NCBI GenBank assembly: GCA_001938485.1
Contig: MQRK01183570.1
Span: 1-55,369 of the forward strand
Length of the DNA stretch: 55,369 bases
Direction: 5' to 3'
Origin: Girardia tigrina
Lineage: Eukaryota
Part shown: positions 1 through 12,203 of the stretch, piece by piece
How positions within the stretch are numbered: position 1 is the stretch's first letter
Layout: every line of letters begins with the position of its first letter
Notes under the pieces: generated by a model
Databases searched by the model: none
What the model saw: the letters and a program-made list of their open reading frames with translations, nothing else
Told to the model about the DNA's origin: nothing
Made by a program: the position numbers and the translations under genes

Positions 1-1019
1 GTGATGTTAGCATAGACCACGTTAACAATCGTTGTAAAAATGGGTGCAATAGTACCTTATTCTAAAAAGTTATGAAGGAGAATGTCCTTGATCCAATTAG
101 GCTGTCCGGTATTGTATTCGCTGTTAAACTTTAATTATCAGATCATATTTCTTTTGAAGAATTATTCGCAGTCCAATTATTCAAAAATTATTGGGAGTTT
201 GGGGTTTTAATTTATTATTTCATTTTTGGAATTTTCATTTTTAATTTTAAAACTTTCAAAACTGGGGAGTGGTTTTTTTTTATATTTATTATTTTTTTAT
301 ATAATTGTATAATAAAAANNNNNNNNNNNNNNNNNNNNNNNNNNNNNNNNNNNNNNNNNNNNNNNNNNNNNNNNNNNNNNNNNNNNNNNNNNNNNNNNNN
401 NNNNNNNNNNNNNNNNNNNNNNNNNNNNNNNNNNNNNNNNNNNNNNNNNNNNNNNNNNNATTAATAACGGTCAATATAATAAAAATTAAGATAATAATTA
501 TAATATTAATAATAAGCCTATATCGAATTCTTCCAACTAGATCAGGCGTACACCCTTAATGAATGGGTCCCTGAGAAAGGAGGAAGAACTTGATAAATAG
601 GAGATTAATAATAATAAATTAATAATAATAATAATATAACTATAACTAATTATAACTGTAAATAATAATTATTTTACTAATAAATTAATACTAAACTAAC
701 ATAATAAATTAATAGTAATAGTAATTTATTAATAATGTACAAGTTAATAATAATGATAAATAATTACTAAGATTTATATATATATAATATATATTTTTTT
801 TATTATCCCAAATAACCACCCCGCGTCCCTCAGCAACCTGCTCAAACAGAGGGAAAGTTAAAATGGGACTGTACATCTTTATAATTTAATTTATTTTTTA
901 TCTTTTTTTAATTCTTTATTTAGGAAAACATTAGTAAGGTAACATTAATATTTTTTGAAGATTATTTTTTATATATTTAGTATTTCTTATGTACAGGATC
1001 TCAACAGTATTCTTAATTA

Positions 1020-1272
1020 AAAATAAAAGCAAAACAAAATATATATTTATTAAAAGCAGCTCGTTTTAGTTTCACTCATTTTTAAAAATTTAAAAAACCA
1101 AAAATAATTGCAAAATCAATCTAATAAAAAATATTTTCATTAGAGATTGATTGCTCGATCAATAAGCGAAAGAGAAGAGACTACAGTAACTCACTGGATG
1201 CAGCAGGTTTCCAAGTCGGACTCGGTTCATATCTGTGTTTACATCTCGCCAGCAGCACCGTAGACATCAATC
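1020..1272 (-). pseudogene. Duplicated 3' end (last codons + 3'UTR) of the PH-CaaX gene
   Basis: Aligns with about 2790-3052; carries a 1-nt deletion (CCGAGTCCGACTT vs CCGAGCGCTGACTC) and ends just before the LTR at 1284. Confidence 0.8.
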
Positions 1273-1283
1273 CCTTTTATAAT

Positions 1284-1915
1284 TGTGAGGAATATTCTAT
1301 ATCGTATTCATATATGAATGGAGTATGTTGAACTTAGAATGGTGATTCTCCCACCCAGATTAAAATTGGTATTTTATTTTGTAATTAAAGTAATTGACTA
1401 TTAGAACATAATGACTGAAGTCATTTAAAACCGAATAAGTTAAGTTTTTGAAATTAGTAATTAAAATTAATTCTACTATTTTTTAAAATAAAATAGAAAA
1501 GTATTTAAATGCATATAAAATAAAATAATGAAATTTCTATATAATTTTTATAACTTATATTTCTATAAGTTTAGAAATTTTTAAAGTATGTTTTTATAAT
1601 ATATTTGTGTCTGTGAAGTTTAATATAATGAAATTTAAAATTTAATTCATTGTTTACAATTGGATGAAATATTTTTTATTATTTCGACTTTTTGTAAAGA
1701 AATGGTTAAAATTATTAATTTTAATAAATAAATTTAGAAATTTAAAAAATAATAAAAATTTTAGAAAAATTGTTTGAATAATCATTAGTAAAAATATAGA
1801 AATAAAAAACCAATTAGAACGATGTCAAACTGTGAACGACCTTCCGAGAGTTGTGAGGACTCTAATTAAGATAATAATAAATGTTTAAATAAAAATTGTC
1901 TCAATGCTCTTAATA
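1284..1915 (+). mobile_element. Solo LTR (TGTGAG family)
   Basis: TGTGAGG...CTCTTAATA. The 5-bp TSD ATAAT (1279-1283) is restored on the right once the mariner at 1919 is removed. Confidence 0.7.
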
Positions 1916-1918
1916 ATA

Positions 1919-2689
1919 TTAGGTGTACAAGTATGAAATGCGGATTTCAGAAAACGGATTGTGCCCAATGCAAAAAGTAGGTCAATGGTTAGGCAATGAT
2001 GTCATAATATTGAGTAATTATGTAGTGTCTCATNNNNNNNNNNNNNNNNNNNNNNNNNNNNNNNNNNNNNNNNNNNNNNNNNNNNNNNNNNNNNNNNNNN
2101 NNNNNNNNNNNNNNNNNNNNNNNNNNNNNNNNNNNNNNNNNNNNNNNNNNNNNNNNNNNNNNNNNNNNNNNNNNNNNNNNNNNNNNNNNNNNNNNNNNNN
2201 NNNNNNNNNNNNNNNNNNNNNNNNNNNNNNNNNNNNNNNNNNNNNNNNNNNNNNNNNNNNNNNNNNNNNNNNNNNNNNNNNNNNNNNNNNNNNNNNNNNN
2301 NNNNNNNNNNNNNNNNNNNNNNNNNNNNNNNNNNNNNNNNNNNNNNNNNNNNNNNNNNNNNNNNNNNNNNNNNNNNNNNNNNNNNNNNNNNNNNNNNNNN
2401 NNNNNNNNNNNNNNNNNNNNNNNNNNNNNNNNNNNNNNNNNNNNNNNNNNNNNNNNNNNNNNNNNNNNNNNNNNNNNNNNNNNNNNNNNNNNNNNNNNNN
2501 NNNNNNNNNNNNNNNNNNNNNNNNNNNNNNNNNNNNNNNNNNNNNNNNNNNNNNNNNNNNNNNNNNNNNNNNNNNNAAATGTATCATTAGTAATGGAGCA
2601 TATTTTGAATAAAGCTTTTTTTATCGTTCTTTTGTTTTTAACGTATTTCTTTTCAAAATTTAATCCGCATTTCATACTTGTACACCTAA
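1919..2689 (+). mobile_element. Internally deleted mariner element
   Basis: TIRs TTAGGTGTACAAGTATGAAATGCGGATT at both ends; TA TSDs; transposase C-terminus KCIISNGAYFE*; interior is N. Confidence 0.9.
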
Positions 2690-2970
2690 TAATCTATACG
2701 TATTTTTAAGTATTTATTTACCATTTTAAATTAAGCAAAACGTATAAACTATTGGGCGAATTGAAAATTACAACTAAATCCTCATATTAATAAAACCAAA
2801 AAACAAAATATATATTTATTAAAAGCCGCTCATTTTAATTCCACAAAATTTTCACTCATTTTTTACAAATTTATAAACCGAAAATAAAAGCAAAATCGAT
2901 CTAATAAAAAATATTTTCATTTGAGATTGATTACTCGATCTCTAAACAAAAGAGAAGCGACTCCAGTATC

Positions 2971-3312
2971 TCACTGGATGCAGCAGGTCTCCGAGTCAGC
3001 GCTCGGTCTCAACCTGTGTTTGCACCTCGCCAGCAGCATCGTCGACATCCATCGATCGAGCTCGACTTTGTCGAGACATCTCAGAGTCACGTGTTTTTTA
3101 TTTATATCACTGATTTTGAAGGTGACATCATCGAACACCTCAATTTTGATGTCAGATAATTCAAATTTCATGTCGTTAATCAATAATTTATTGTTTTTAA
3201 TTTGTGCTTGAACCATTTTCCAATTATTGAAAAATCGGGATTTTTTCAATAATTCTCCCGACATTTCTAACTCATTCTCATTATTTTCAATCGATTTTTC
3301 GTTAGGTTGTTC
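2971..3312 (-). CDS. Small PH-domain-like protein with C-terminal CaaX (CCIQ); last or only exon
   Basis: GELLKKSRFFNNWK (PH beta1-beta2 pattern) ... VTLRCLDKVELDRWM (PH C-terminal helix Trp) ... ETCCIQ*. Possible acceptor ttcag at 3313-3314, or ATG at 3264. PH assignment is by pattern only. Confidence 0.6.
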   Translation of the reverse strand, partial: EQPNEKSIENNENELEMSGELLKKSRFFNNWKMVQAQIKNNKLLINDMKFELSDIKIEVFDDVTFKISDINKKHVTLRCLDKVELDRWMSTMLLARCKHRLRPSADSETCCIQ

Positions 3313-4992
3313 CTGAATTATTTAAAATTTAAAATTAAAACTTGAAAATTTTTGATTTTTTCTATTTATTTTAATAAAATTATCATTTTAAAATGAGCAA
3401 AATATTTTTGATTTACAATTGATATCAAATGATATATTAAAACAAATTTTGCGATTTTATGATTTCTTTCGCTTTTTGAAAGTTTAATATTCGGATGAGA
3501 GAATTAATTTTAATTTGGAATTAATTTCACTAATAATTTTCAAATTTGTTTTTGGAATAATTTCGCTAGTAATTAATTATTTGTGATTTACTGAATCATT
3601 TTTAATCGTTTCTTTTAAATTTCAGTTCCAAAGCGAAATTAATTCCGCATCCAGATATTCTTTTTTATATTCTAAATGTGCTTAAAAATTATTTCTACGA
3701 CAAAAAATGAATTTTCCAAATGGCTTCTTTTATTGACAAATTAATTAACATTTAGTAACAAAATTAACGATTTTGGGAAAGATTCGTCAATAAGATTCAT
3801 CAACAAAGTTATTTGATGATATCAACAAGTTATAAAAATGAGAAAAAAATAATATTGAAAGATAATTGTATAAATAAGGGCCTTTTAAAATTATCTTATA
3901 ATTTTAATGTTTTAAAAAATTTTATTTACTCAGAATAAACCTTAAAAACACGTATTCGAAAACTAGACTTTAGAAAGATGAATTGACTTCCAAACATTTT
4001 AAAAATTACTTAAATTTCAAGGATTATGAACCGCATGATCTGGATATTGATAATCATCGACATTTGTTTTTTTTAATTTGCACTTTGATATTGTGAAGCA
4101 GTTGCAAATTTAGTAGGTCGTCCTCTTTTCTTTTGCATTCCAGCACATGGTTTCCTGCTTCATTTACAATTATAATCAAATTAAAGCTTGCTGCTCTCCC
4201 TTTTTTATGATGCCAGATGTAGGATTTTTGAAAATGAATGCATGCACATGTGTTTTGATTACAATTATATCTGCAAATTTCAATTTTATTCAATAAATAA
4301 ATAAAATTATAGATTCAATATTATAATTTAAGCTCATTAAAATTTCTAAATGCTCTAGAATATCTCATTTAGCTCAACTTTATCACTTGTTATCTCCTTA
4401 TCATCTACTTCCTAAAAATAATTTTTTAAATGATTATTTTCACATGGATGATTTTAAAACTTTACGGCTGAGAAAGTCAATGAAAAAGATTTTCGCCACG
4501 GTGCGAAATTGTTTGTAGATGTATATATCTGCAAAAACTTTATGATTTCTATTTGGATTAATTGTATGAAGTGTTAGGTCTTCGAGTAACTTAACTCTCA
4601 GAAGCAACAAAAGAGTTTTATTTATTTTTTTCGCTTGTTCTAAGATGTGTCCTTAGAACAAAAGGTTCGAATAATGATTTCTATTATGTAAGGTTAAATT
4701 TAAATGTTGTGTACCACAAATTTTCCTTTGCATGGATAACAAATTTTCATATTATCTTACAAATATTGATTTTGCAAATATCAAAATATTTATTCTTTAT
4801 ATGTAAAATTATTCTTTTTAATGTATAAAAAAACATTTTTTTCACTGCCAATTAATTAAAAAATGGTGGTGATGATTTTTTTAAAAAAACGTTGTAATAA
4901 TGCTTTAAAAATTTTGTTTGAACGCTTGCAGACATTGGTTTCCTTTAATAAAACTTGTTACAATTGTGATATAAAAAAATAATATAAAAACG

Positions 4993-6840
4993 ATGAATTT
5001 TATTTCTTCTTTCAATAAAATGGTGTCAGAAAACAACGACCCACGCTTAATTCCAACGAGGCACTCCCATACCAGATCCGACCGGCGCCAAGCGCTACCG
5101 AGGCGTACCAATACCGAATCGAATAGGGACAAAGCGTCACCGAGACACATTCGGACCTGCATAAACACAAACAGATCAAGAACCGGTTCACACGGATGGC
5201 ATCCGCGCGTCCAACAAATACCGGTGATTGACGCATTCCCCGAGATCTTTTTGTGCCTCGACCGCCAAATGAGGGACTCACCTGCACCGACAGTAACCGA
5301 TCTTCTGAAAAAGAAGGTCATCCAGTTTTTTGTGCAACAATCTAGAAATAGAATGTGCAACTTGATGTCCTATCTCCGTTTTGATAACCCTCTCCGAAGA
5401 GATGCTTGTGATCCATTAGCTCCAGTGAGGTATGTTGTAGTAACTTTTATTGCTCCATTAAAAGAATATATATTGGCTCCAGGATTACTTTGTATCGTTG
5501 AAAAATTGCTGGAATTTTATGGACGAGTTCGGTTTCTTCAGTACATTTCTACCAAGCCTGAGAAGTTTGAAATTAAGATATTTTGGTTAACAGACTCACA
5601 AGGTAAGTACTGTTTCAATGGTTTGTTTTATATCGGATCAGAAACCCTTTCACGGGGTGAGAGAAATCAATCTGCATCTTTCACTGAAGGTATTGTCATG
5701 AACTTTGTTAGAATTTATGGGCACTCCATCATCCAAACCAATCGAAGTCATTTCAACGCGCTAAAGCAAAAATTTATTCTAAATAAACAAACAAATTTTT
5801 TTTTAATTATAATTAACTTTTTNNNNNNNNNNNNNNNNNNNNNNNNNNNNNNNNNNNNNNNNNNNNNNNNNNNNNNNNNNNNNNNNNNNNNNNNNNNNNN
5901 NNNNNNNNNNNNNNNNNNNNNNNNNNNNNNNNNNNNNNNNNNNNNNNNNNNNNNNNNATTTATTCTTATTTCTTTTTTTTTATTCTTCTATTCTCGTCAA
6001 TGTTATGTAAATAATCTCATCTTGCATTTCTACTCTAACTCACAAATTTTCTTCTGATGACTTACTCCCTAACAAACTTAATGAAGCCATTTCGAAATAA
6101 TGGTTGCCAACTAACAGCTGACAACTGGTTTTCATCCATATCTCTTGCATCACGACTTCTCTCTAATGAAACCTACCTTGGAACTATTTGCAAAAATCAA
6201 AGAGGATTATCATTATCATTAAAGGTAACTACTGGACGTCGTCGTAGAGATACCAGGTTTGCCCACAATTCATCCTTGTTGTTAATTTCTTAATGGGACA
6301 AAGGAATATCTCCGGTTATGCTAATTGATACACTTCATCGTGGCAATGAAGATGAAAAAGATAAACCGAGCTCGGTCGTCTTTTACAATGACACCAAATC
6401 AGGCGTCGATATTTTAGACACATTCATTCTCGTGTAAAAGAAAATGTCGACTATGGCGAGTTGCCGTAGTTTGCAATCTCCTGGATATATCATGCATCAA
6501 TGCAATGTATTTAATGAAAGCGCAACAAAAGTCTGGATCGTCTTTGAAGAAAACATTTCACTACGACCTTTTAAAGAGCGTTGGCTAAGAACTCGTGGAT
6601 CTGCATATACTTCGTAGACAGTGAAGTAAGAAGATGCGAACAAGCGTTATTCCCGCTATGAATTTGCTTGGTTATTTCCAAAATAAATGTGAAGAATGTT
6701 CATCTAGTGAAACAAAAGCACAACAAATTATGTCCTGTTTCTTTGGATAAAAAAACAAAACGTTTGTGCATGAAGTATTTGAGAACTATGTGTGGAAAGC
6801 ATCGACCATTTATTTATTCTAATTGTTTTTTTATTATTAT
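4993..6840 (+). pseudogene. Decayed piggyBac transposase
   Basis: LRFDN...DPLAPVR...PG...IVEKL (first catalytic D lost)...QYISTKPEKFEIKIFWLTD; TADNWFSS...GTICKN; YNDTKSGVDILD; Cys-rich tail. Contains stops/frameshifts and an LTR insertion. Confidence 0.88.
5706..6074. mobile_element. Solo LTR inserted in the piggyBac transposase
   Basis: TGTTAG...CTAACA termini; 5-bp TSD AACTT (5701-5705, 6075-6079); removal restores the frame VMNLMKPF. Confidence 0.88.
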
Positions 6841-7100
6841 GAAATATGTTTTCATTTCGATTGCATTTGTGTCATTTCTCTGTTCCAGCCCCTATTCCCT
6901 AAAATATAAACCTTCAGAATGTATTTTTTTGTGGGTAGCCTAAAGTCATGCTTAGGGGGGCGCCCCTCACAAAGTGACACCCATCGGTACTTGCTCTTGT
7001 CTCCTCATTTGCCGGTACGTAACATATTACACTTTAAGCTCACTTTTGTTGTATAATTGTCGACACATTTCATTAATAGAGATTCGGATAAAATTTACCC

Positions 7101-7980
7101 GTGATAGAAGGAATAGGTATATGTAATATGAGGGCAAGACAACTAAACTCATTTTTTCAGAAAACTCTAGGTAAAGGTCCGGCAGAAATCATATTTGGAA
7201 AGAAAATATACAGAGAAAGATGGCATAGTCAAGATATAAAGTTACCGCAAGAGGAAGACAAAGAAGAAAGAACAACCAGAAGAAATTTCAAAATCGGAGA
7301 GGAAGTACTAATCAAGGTTGAAACGGGGTTAAAGAGTAAAGATAAATATGAAGGGGCGTATAAAGTGATAAAGAAAATACATGACAGACGGTATAAACTA
7401 AGACATGAAAATGGAAAAATTAAGAAAATTCTTACAGAAGGGGATATGAGGAATTAATTTAAATTTGCATTTCGTCAAAATAATTTATTTTTTTTATTTT
7501 GAAAGTTTTAAAAAAAGGAAATAAATACAAAAGTTTTTAAATTAAAAATGATTTTATAAAGAAAACTATCAAAATTAAATACTTATTTAACAATAAAAAG
7601 ATGTTTACAGTTATATTTTATATATTTTATAAAAGTTTAGAATTAATTTTAAATAAATTTTAAAATCATAATAATATTAAAATCATTAATAATAAACGGA
7701 TAAAACTTTATAATATTATAAGAAATATTTTTTTAATAAAATTTTTATGGCAATTTTAAATTAATTAGTTTTAGGACAAAATTTTATAAAGATTTTTAGT
7801 TTTAAATTAAAATTTATTTTATTAATTTAAAGTTTTAAAATTTATTAAATTTTACAAATTGAATTGGAAGAAAAATCTAATAGATTAATTTTGGCGAAAT
7901 AATTGAATTAACAATAAATTTGTTTAGTTATGTGAATTATTGACATTAATAAAATTTTGGTGTTAAATTATGAATCTTCA
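7101..7980 (+). mobile_element. Ty3/gypsy 3' fragment: integrase C-terminus, PPT and 3' LTR
   Basis: PAEIIFG...FKIGEEVLIK...KYEGAYKVIK (GPY/F-like module); purine tract GAAGGGGA before TGAGGA (7447)...TCTTCA (7980). Confidence 0.7.
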
Positions 7981-10192
7981 TTTTAGTGATAATGAAAGTG
8001 GCATAAACGCTACTGACAATCATAATTATATATCTATCGTAATTATTAGTGTTATTTCTTCTTTCGTTTTCGCTGCCTTGTTTACATTATTGCAGTTTGC
8101 AACAAGGTGTTTATTCACTGAGTCAGAAATTTAAATTTAATTAGCTTTTCTCTCGTCATGCAGGATAGCAGAAATATTATTTTTAGTTAAACCGGAATCT
8201 TCGAGATGGTAATTGGGTGTTATCTTTGTGATATCCTTTATTTGTGTTGTATATTCCTTCATGTTCAGTTAATTTCTCTAAAGAACAATAATTAATTAAT
8301 TTCAAATATTTCGGCCCAACTTTTATGAGTTTTGCCGATCATGTTTAGCTCTTACACCACTCAGCAGCATCCGCATAATAATTAAACCTGTCTGGGTAAG
8401 TGAGTAAACCTAATTTTTGTCATTGATCATTTTTATAGGATAAATAATATTTTAAACGCAACAATCTGAGGTTTGCGTGAGTTTAATTATATTTTTATTT
8501 ATTTTCAACGTAACAGGATTTATAATTTTGAATGATTATTGTAGTGACCAGTTTAATGGCTCCAATTAATATCGTTATTTATTTCATTTATCCTTGTCAG
8601 TCTGGTCCGGTGAACTATACACTCTGTTCTTTCAGACAGACAGGTGGCATTTAAAATTATTATTATTATTTACGTTATTAGAATATTATCAAATTTATTT
8701 TCTAATATTAATAGTGTTATTATATATAAAATTTATTTTTATTTAAAAATCAAAGAAATCGGATAGCTATTATTGATTTGGAAAATTAAATTATGAAAGT
8801 TACTAATTAAAAGCAGTTAACGTTTGTCTGATTGTTAAAAATTTGTAGCATTATAATTCTGAAGATCTCACTAATTGTAAGCTATCCAAAGAGAAAGTAT
8901 GTTATCATTCAATGAAAGAAATCAATTTTATTCTACAGCTATCCATACCGAAATACATTTTTCGAGACATTTTTATTTACCAAAGGAAAATATATTCTAC
9001 AACTAACATCAAATCAAAAGAACATAATGCGAAAAGAAAGAATTATATCATATCTATAAAGTAATATTATATTTCTGTTGACAATCATACTCATGACCTA
9101 TATCTTTTTATTGTGATCTTATCAAGTATTATCTTCTTTGTAATATAAGTATAAAAGTGTTTTCGCTGAATTTCTACTGTTGGGTTAGCACACCTTTTCA
9201 ATTATGAATTCCAATAATGGAAGTTGCAGAAAAATAGAGGTTTACCGGAAATTATAGAAATAGTTATGCAATTTGGAAAATATTGTGATGCATATAAGAA
9301 GCATAAACATACTAGATCTGAAGAAGGAAAATAATTTTTGTCAGACTCAAATTTAGAAGACAATTATTTTATTCACTGTAATTAATTTCAATTATTTCAC
9401 CATTGTAATGGAAATTATAAAACCATTTTTATTGAAATTTTTCAGTAGTAAATTTGATATCTACCAAAGATCCTGAAAGTGATCACTCAATTGAGAACAC
9501 CTGAATAACCTAATTAAGATATTGTAATTTTTACACATTTAACTATGATAACATATTAATAAGAATAAAGTGCTCCATGAATCTACATTAGAAAAACAAG
9601 TCTGTATAAAGTCATTAAGTGTCTTATATAATTGTTTGTAAAATATTTTATAATGAGCGAATACATTCATATTATCCATTGCAAAAGAGCTATCACGCAC
9701 AATCTTCACTAAGGCAAGAATCAGAAAAGGATATCGTTATCTACAATACTGAACATTAAACCGGTAGAATTGTATGTGGTATGACGAGAGATAATCAACG
9801 AAAGTCAAATAAATTATTTAAACCAATATTGATTCGTTCTAAGAACAACTTTTCGATGAACATTAATGAACCGACCAAAAACATTAGTTTTACTACGAAG
9901 GCAAGAAATTAAGGGAAATATATTCCTGTATGCCAAATAAAAGTATTTTAATCGATGTTCGTTAATTTCTTTTCTGACGCACTGTGTTTAGGAATAAGGC
10001 ACCGAATTAGATCGAGTCCAAGTGTGTTTATACATCAATTTTTGTATATTTAGTAGAATTTAACCAAAGGTAGTTTAATAAAAAGAAGGTATTCGATTTT
10101 ATCATATAACACATGGAACTATGTGAATAAAATAATTATGAGACAAATTTCAGATAATAATAAATATAAAAAGTTAGTGAACTAATTTATTG

Positions 10193-10650
10193 TGTGAGAA
10201 ATATTTAGAATTTTGATGTTTTTTTGTAGTGTAAATGTTTGTAAATGTTGTGTGTTGATTTGGGAGTGCCCCTCTCCTAATCAGATGGATGATCAATATT
10301 TTAATTCTTATTATCTGAAACTAATTTATTTAAATTTAATATTCAAATTTTTAATTTATTATTATTGTAAATTTTAAATAATTCTAAAAAATTGTATTTT
10401 TGTAAATTTTTAAATAATTAAATCAAATTAATGTTTTTAAATGATTATAAAAAAGTAATTTTATTTAAACCAATAAAATTTAAAGTAAATATTTTAAATA
10501 AAATAATTCTTTTCGAGTTAGTTCAGATTTCGGATGAGAAGTATAAAAGTATGATGAATTTAAGTGAGAGCAATACTATTGATTGCCATAGAGATGATCA
10601 AAATTGTGAATGTAATAAATGTTCTGTCAAATGTGCGAGTTCTCCTAACA
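10193..10650 (+). mobile_element. Solo LTR (TGTGAG family)
   Basis: TGTGAG...CCTAACA; aligns along its length with 27544-28006; TSD imperfect. Confidence 0.8.
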
Positions 10651-11105
10651 TTGAGTTAAGTGATTTATTTCTGATGCCCCATTTCCAAAATATATATTCG
10701 AAAGAATAACGATATCCAAGAATTTGTGAAAATTTTCCCATTGTGAAAGTTTGGAAAATTTTAATCGAAATAAAGGTTTTTGGAAATTGTTCAGCATTAT
10801 TAATATAAACTAAGTGTATACAGATATTCGTGCGCAGAATCATGAAAATGTTTTGGGTTTCTGTTAGATTAAATGAAAAGGAAATTTGAGCAGAAATATA
10901 CGAAACATGGTAAATGAAAACTTTTGAAAAAAAGTAAAATGAAAACTCAACAACGTTCTAAAAAATGTTCTAATTAATACAACTGTTTGACAAAAGAAAA
11001 CTAAAGAAAAAATATCGTAAGAAAAATGTAAATAAAAATTACAAAATGGCACGCTAAAGTCAGAATTAATCGATTATCAATTCAGATGGAAGAATCATCA
11101 AATGA

Positions 11106-12203
11106 TCAATAAAAAGATGAATTCCTATCAATAGGCTCTGTTTCCCGCATCATCCAACGACTCTCGATAATCAAACCCCTTGATCGCATCAAATCTCCGA
11201 GTTTTTCTCTTGTTCGTAAATGATAATTATTGATCCATTTTATTTCTGGGTCTGTCAATAAACTTATATCGACTAATTTCATTTGAATTGGAAAATAGGT
11301 CAAAGGTTCAAATGTCAAAAATTTTATAGAAGGATCCGAGAGATCTTTATTTACTTCGGCCTTAGTCAAAAAGTAGCAGTTTTCTATTCGAATTCCGTAT
11401 TGTTGATTTTTGTAAAAGCCCGGTTCGATTGTGAGAACCATATTTTCCAACAATCCCTGTTCAGAAGCAACAGGTGGATTGCCTGAAATCGAGCACGGTC
11501 CTTCATGAACATTAAGAAATGCACCAACTCCGTGTCCGGTACCATGACGATATTCCATGCCATATTGCCATAGCGCCATTCTAGCGATTGGGTCGATTTT
11601 ACTACCTACAGTTCCTTCGGGAAATATGAGCGACGCTAATGCTACATGACCTTTCAATACAAGAGTATATGCCAACTTTTCTTCGGGAGAGGGTTGGCCA
11701 AAATGAACAGTTCTTGTTACATCGGTCGTTCCCGTCAAATATTGACCACCACTGTCACAAAGATACATTTCTCTGATCGAAATGACAGCATCTTGACCCT
11801 TCTTAGCTCGATAATGAATCATTCCACCATTAATACCCGAACATGATATTGTATCAAAACTAAGACTGTAAAATCCAGGTAACAATGAACGAAATTTGTC
11901 GAGTTCCTCAGCCGCTTCAGCTTCAGTGACAGGAAGTCCCTTTTCCACTTGATTTTCTAACCACACGAAATACTGGCACAATGCCACTGAATCTTCAATA
12001 CTGCACTTTTTCATGCCTGAAATTTCTTCGGTACATTTCACTGCTTTTAGCAAAACTAATGGAGACCTAGAGATATGTCTCTTGTTTTCTGGAATAGCCA
12101 TGATTAAACCATAACATGTTCGAGGATCAATCCAAATCTTATCCAAATCTCTAATTAAATCTTTTAGAATAGTTTCTACGTCGTAATAATTGTGGTGCTG
12201 AAT
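11106..12203 (-). CDS. XPNPEP1: XPNPEP1 exon 3 (catalytic M24 domain to stop)
   Basis: Acceptor ttttcttag|ATT CAG CAC; 366 codons open to the stop at 11106; contains the metal-ligand motifs. Confidence 0.95.
   Translation of the reverse strand: MQHHNYYDVETILKDLIRDLDKIWIDPRTCYGLIMAIPENKRHISRSPLVLLKAVKCTEEISGMKKCSIEDSVALCQYFVWLENQVEKGLPVTEAEAAEELDKFRSLLPGFYSLSFDTISCSGINGGMIHYRAKKGQDAVISIREMYLCDSGGQYLTGTTDVTRTVHFGQPSPEEKLAYTLVLKGHVALASLIFPEGTVGSKIDPIARMALWQYGMEYRHGTGHGVGAFLNVHEGPCSISGNPPVASEQGLLENMVLTIEPGFYKNQQYGIRIENCYFLTKAEVNKDLSDPSIKFLTFEPLTYFPIQMKLVDISLLTDPEIKWINNYHLRTREKLGDLMRSRGLIIESRWMMRETEPIDRNSSFY

Noticed and set aside
520-1010. GC islands amid AT tracts resembling LINE 3' tails (also 51095-51140)
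   Set aside because: No TSD or diagnostic protein motif identified.
4054-4293. 79-aa ORF as an upstream exon of the PH-CaaX gene
   Set aside because: No recognisable domain and no convincing splice link.
4905-5360. Antisense/overlapping ORFs over piggyBac, mariner and XPNPEP1
   Set aside because: Shadow frames of the real coding strand.
9318-9335. Other CTGANGA motifs (near 6054, 8859, 9318, 43317) as hammerheads
   Set aside because: No stem II followed by GAAA.
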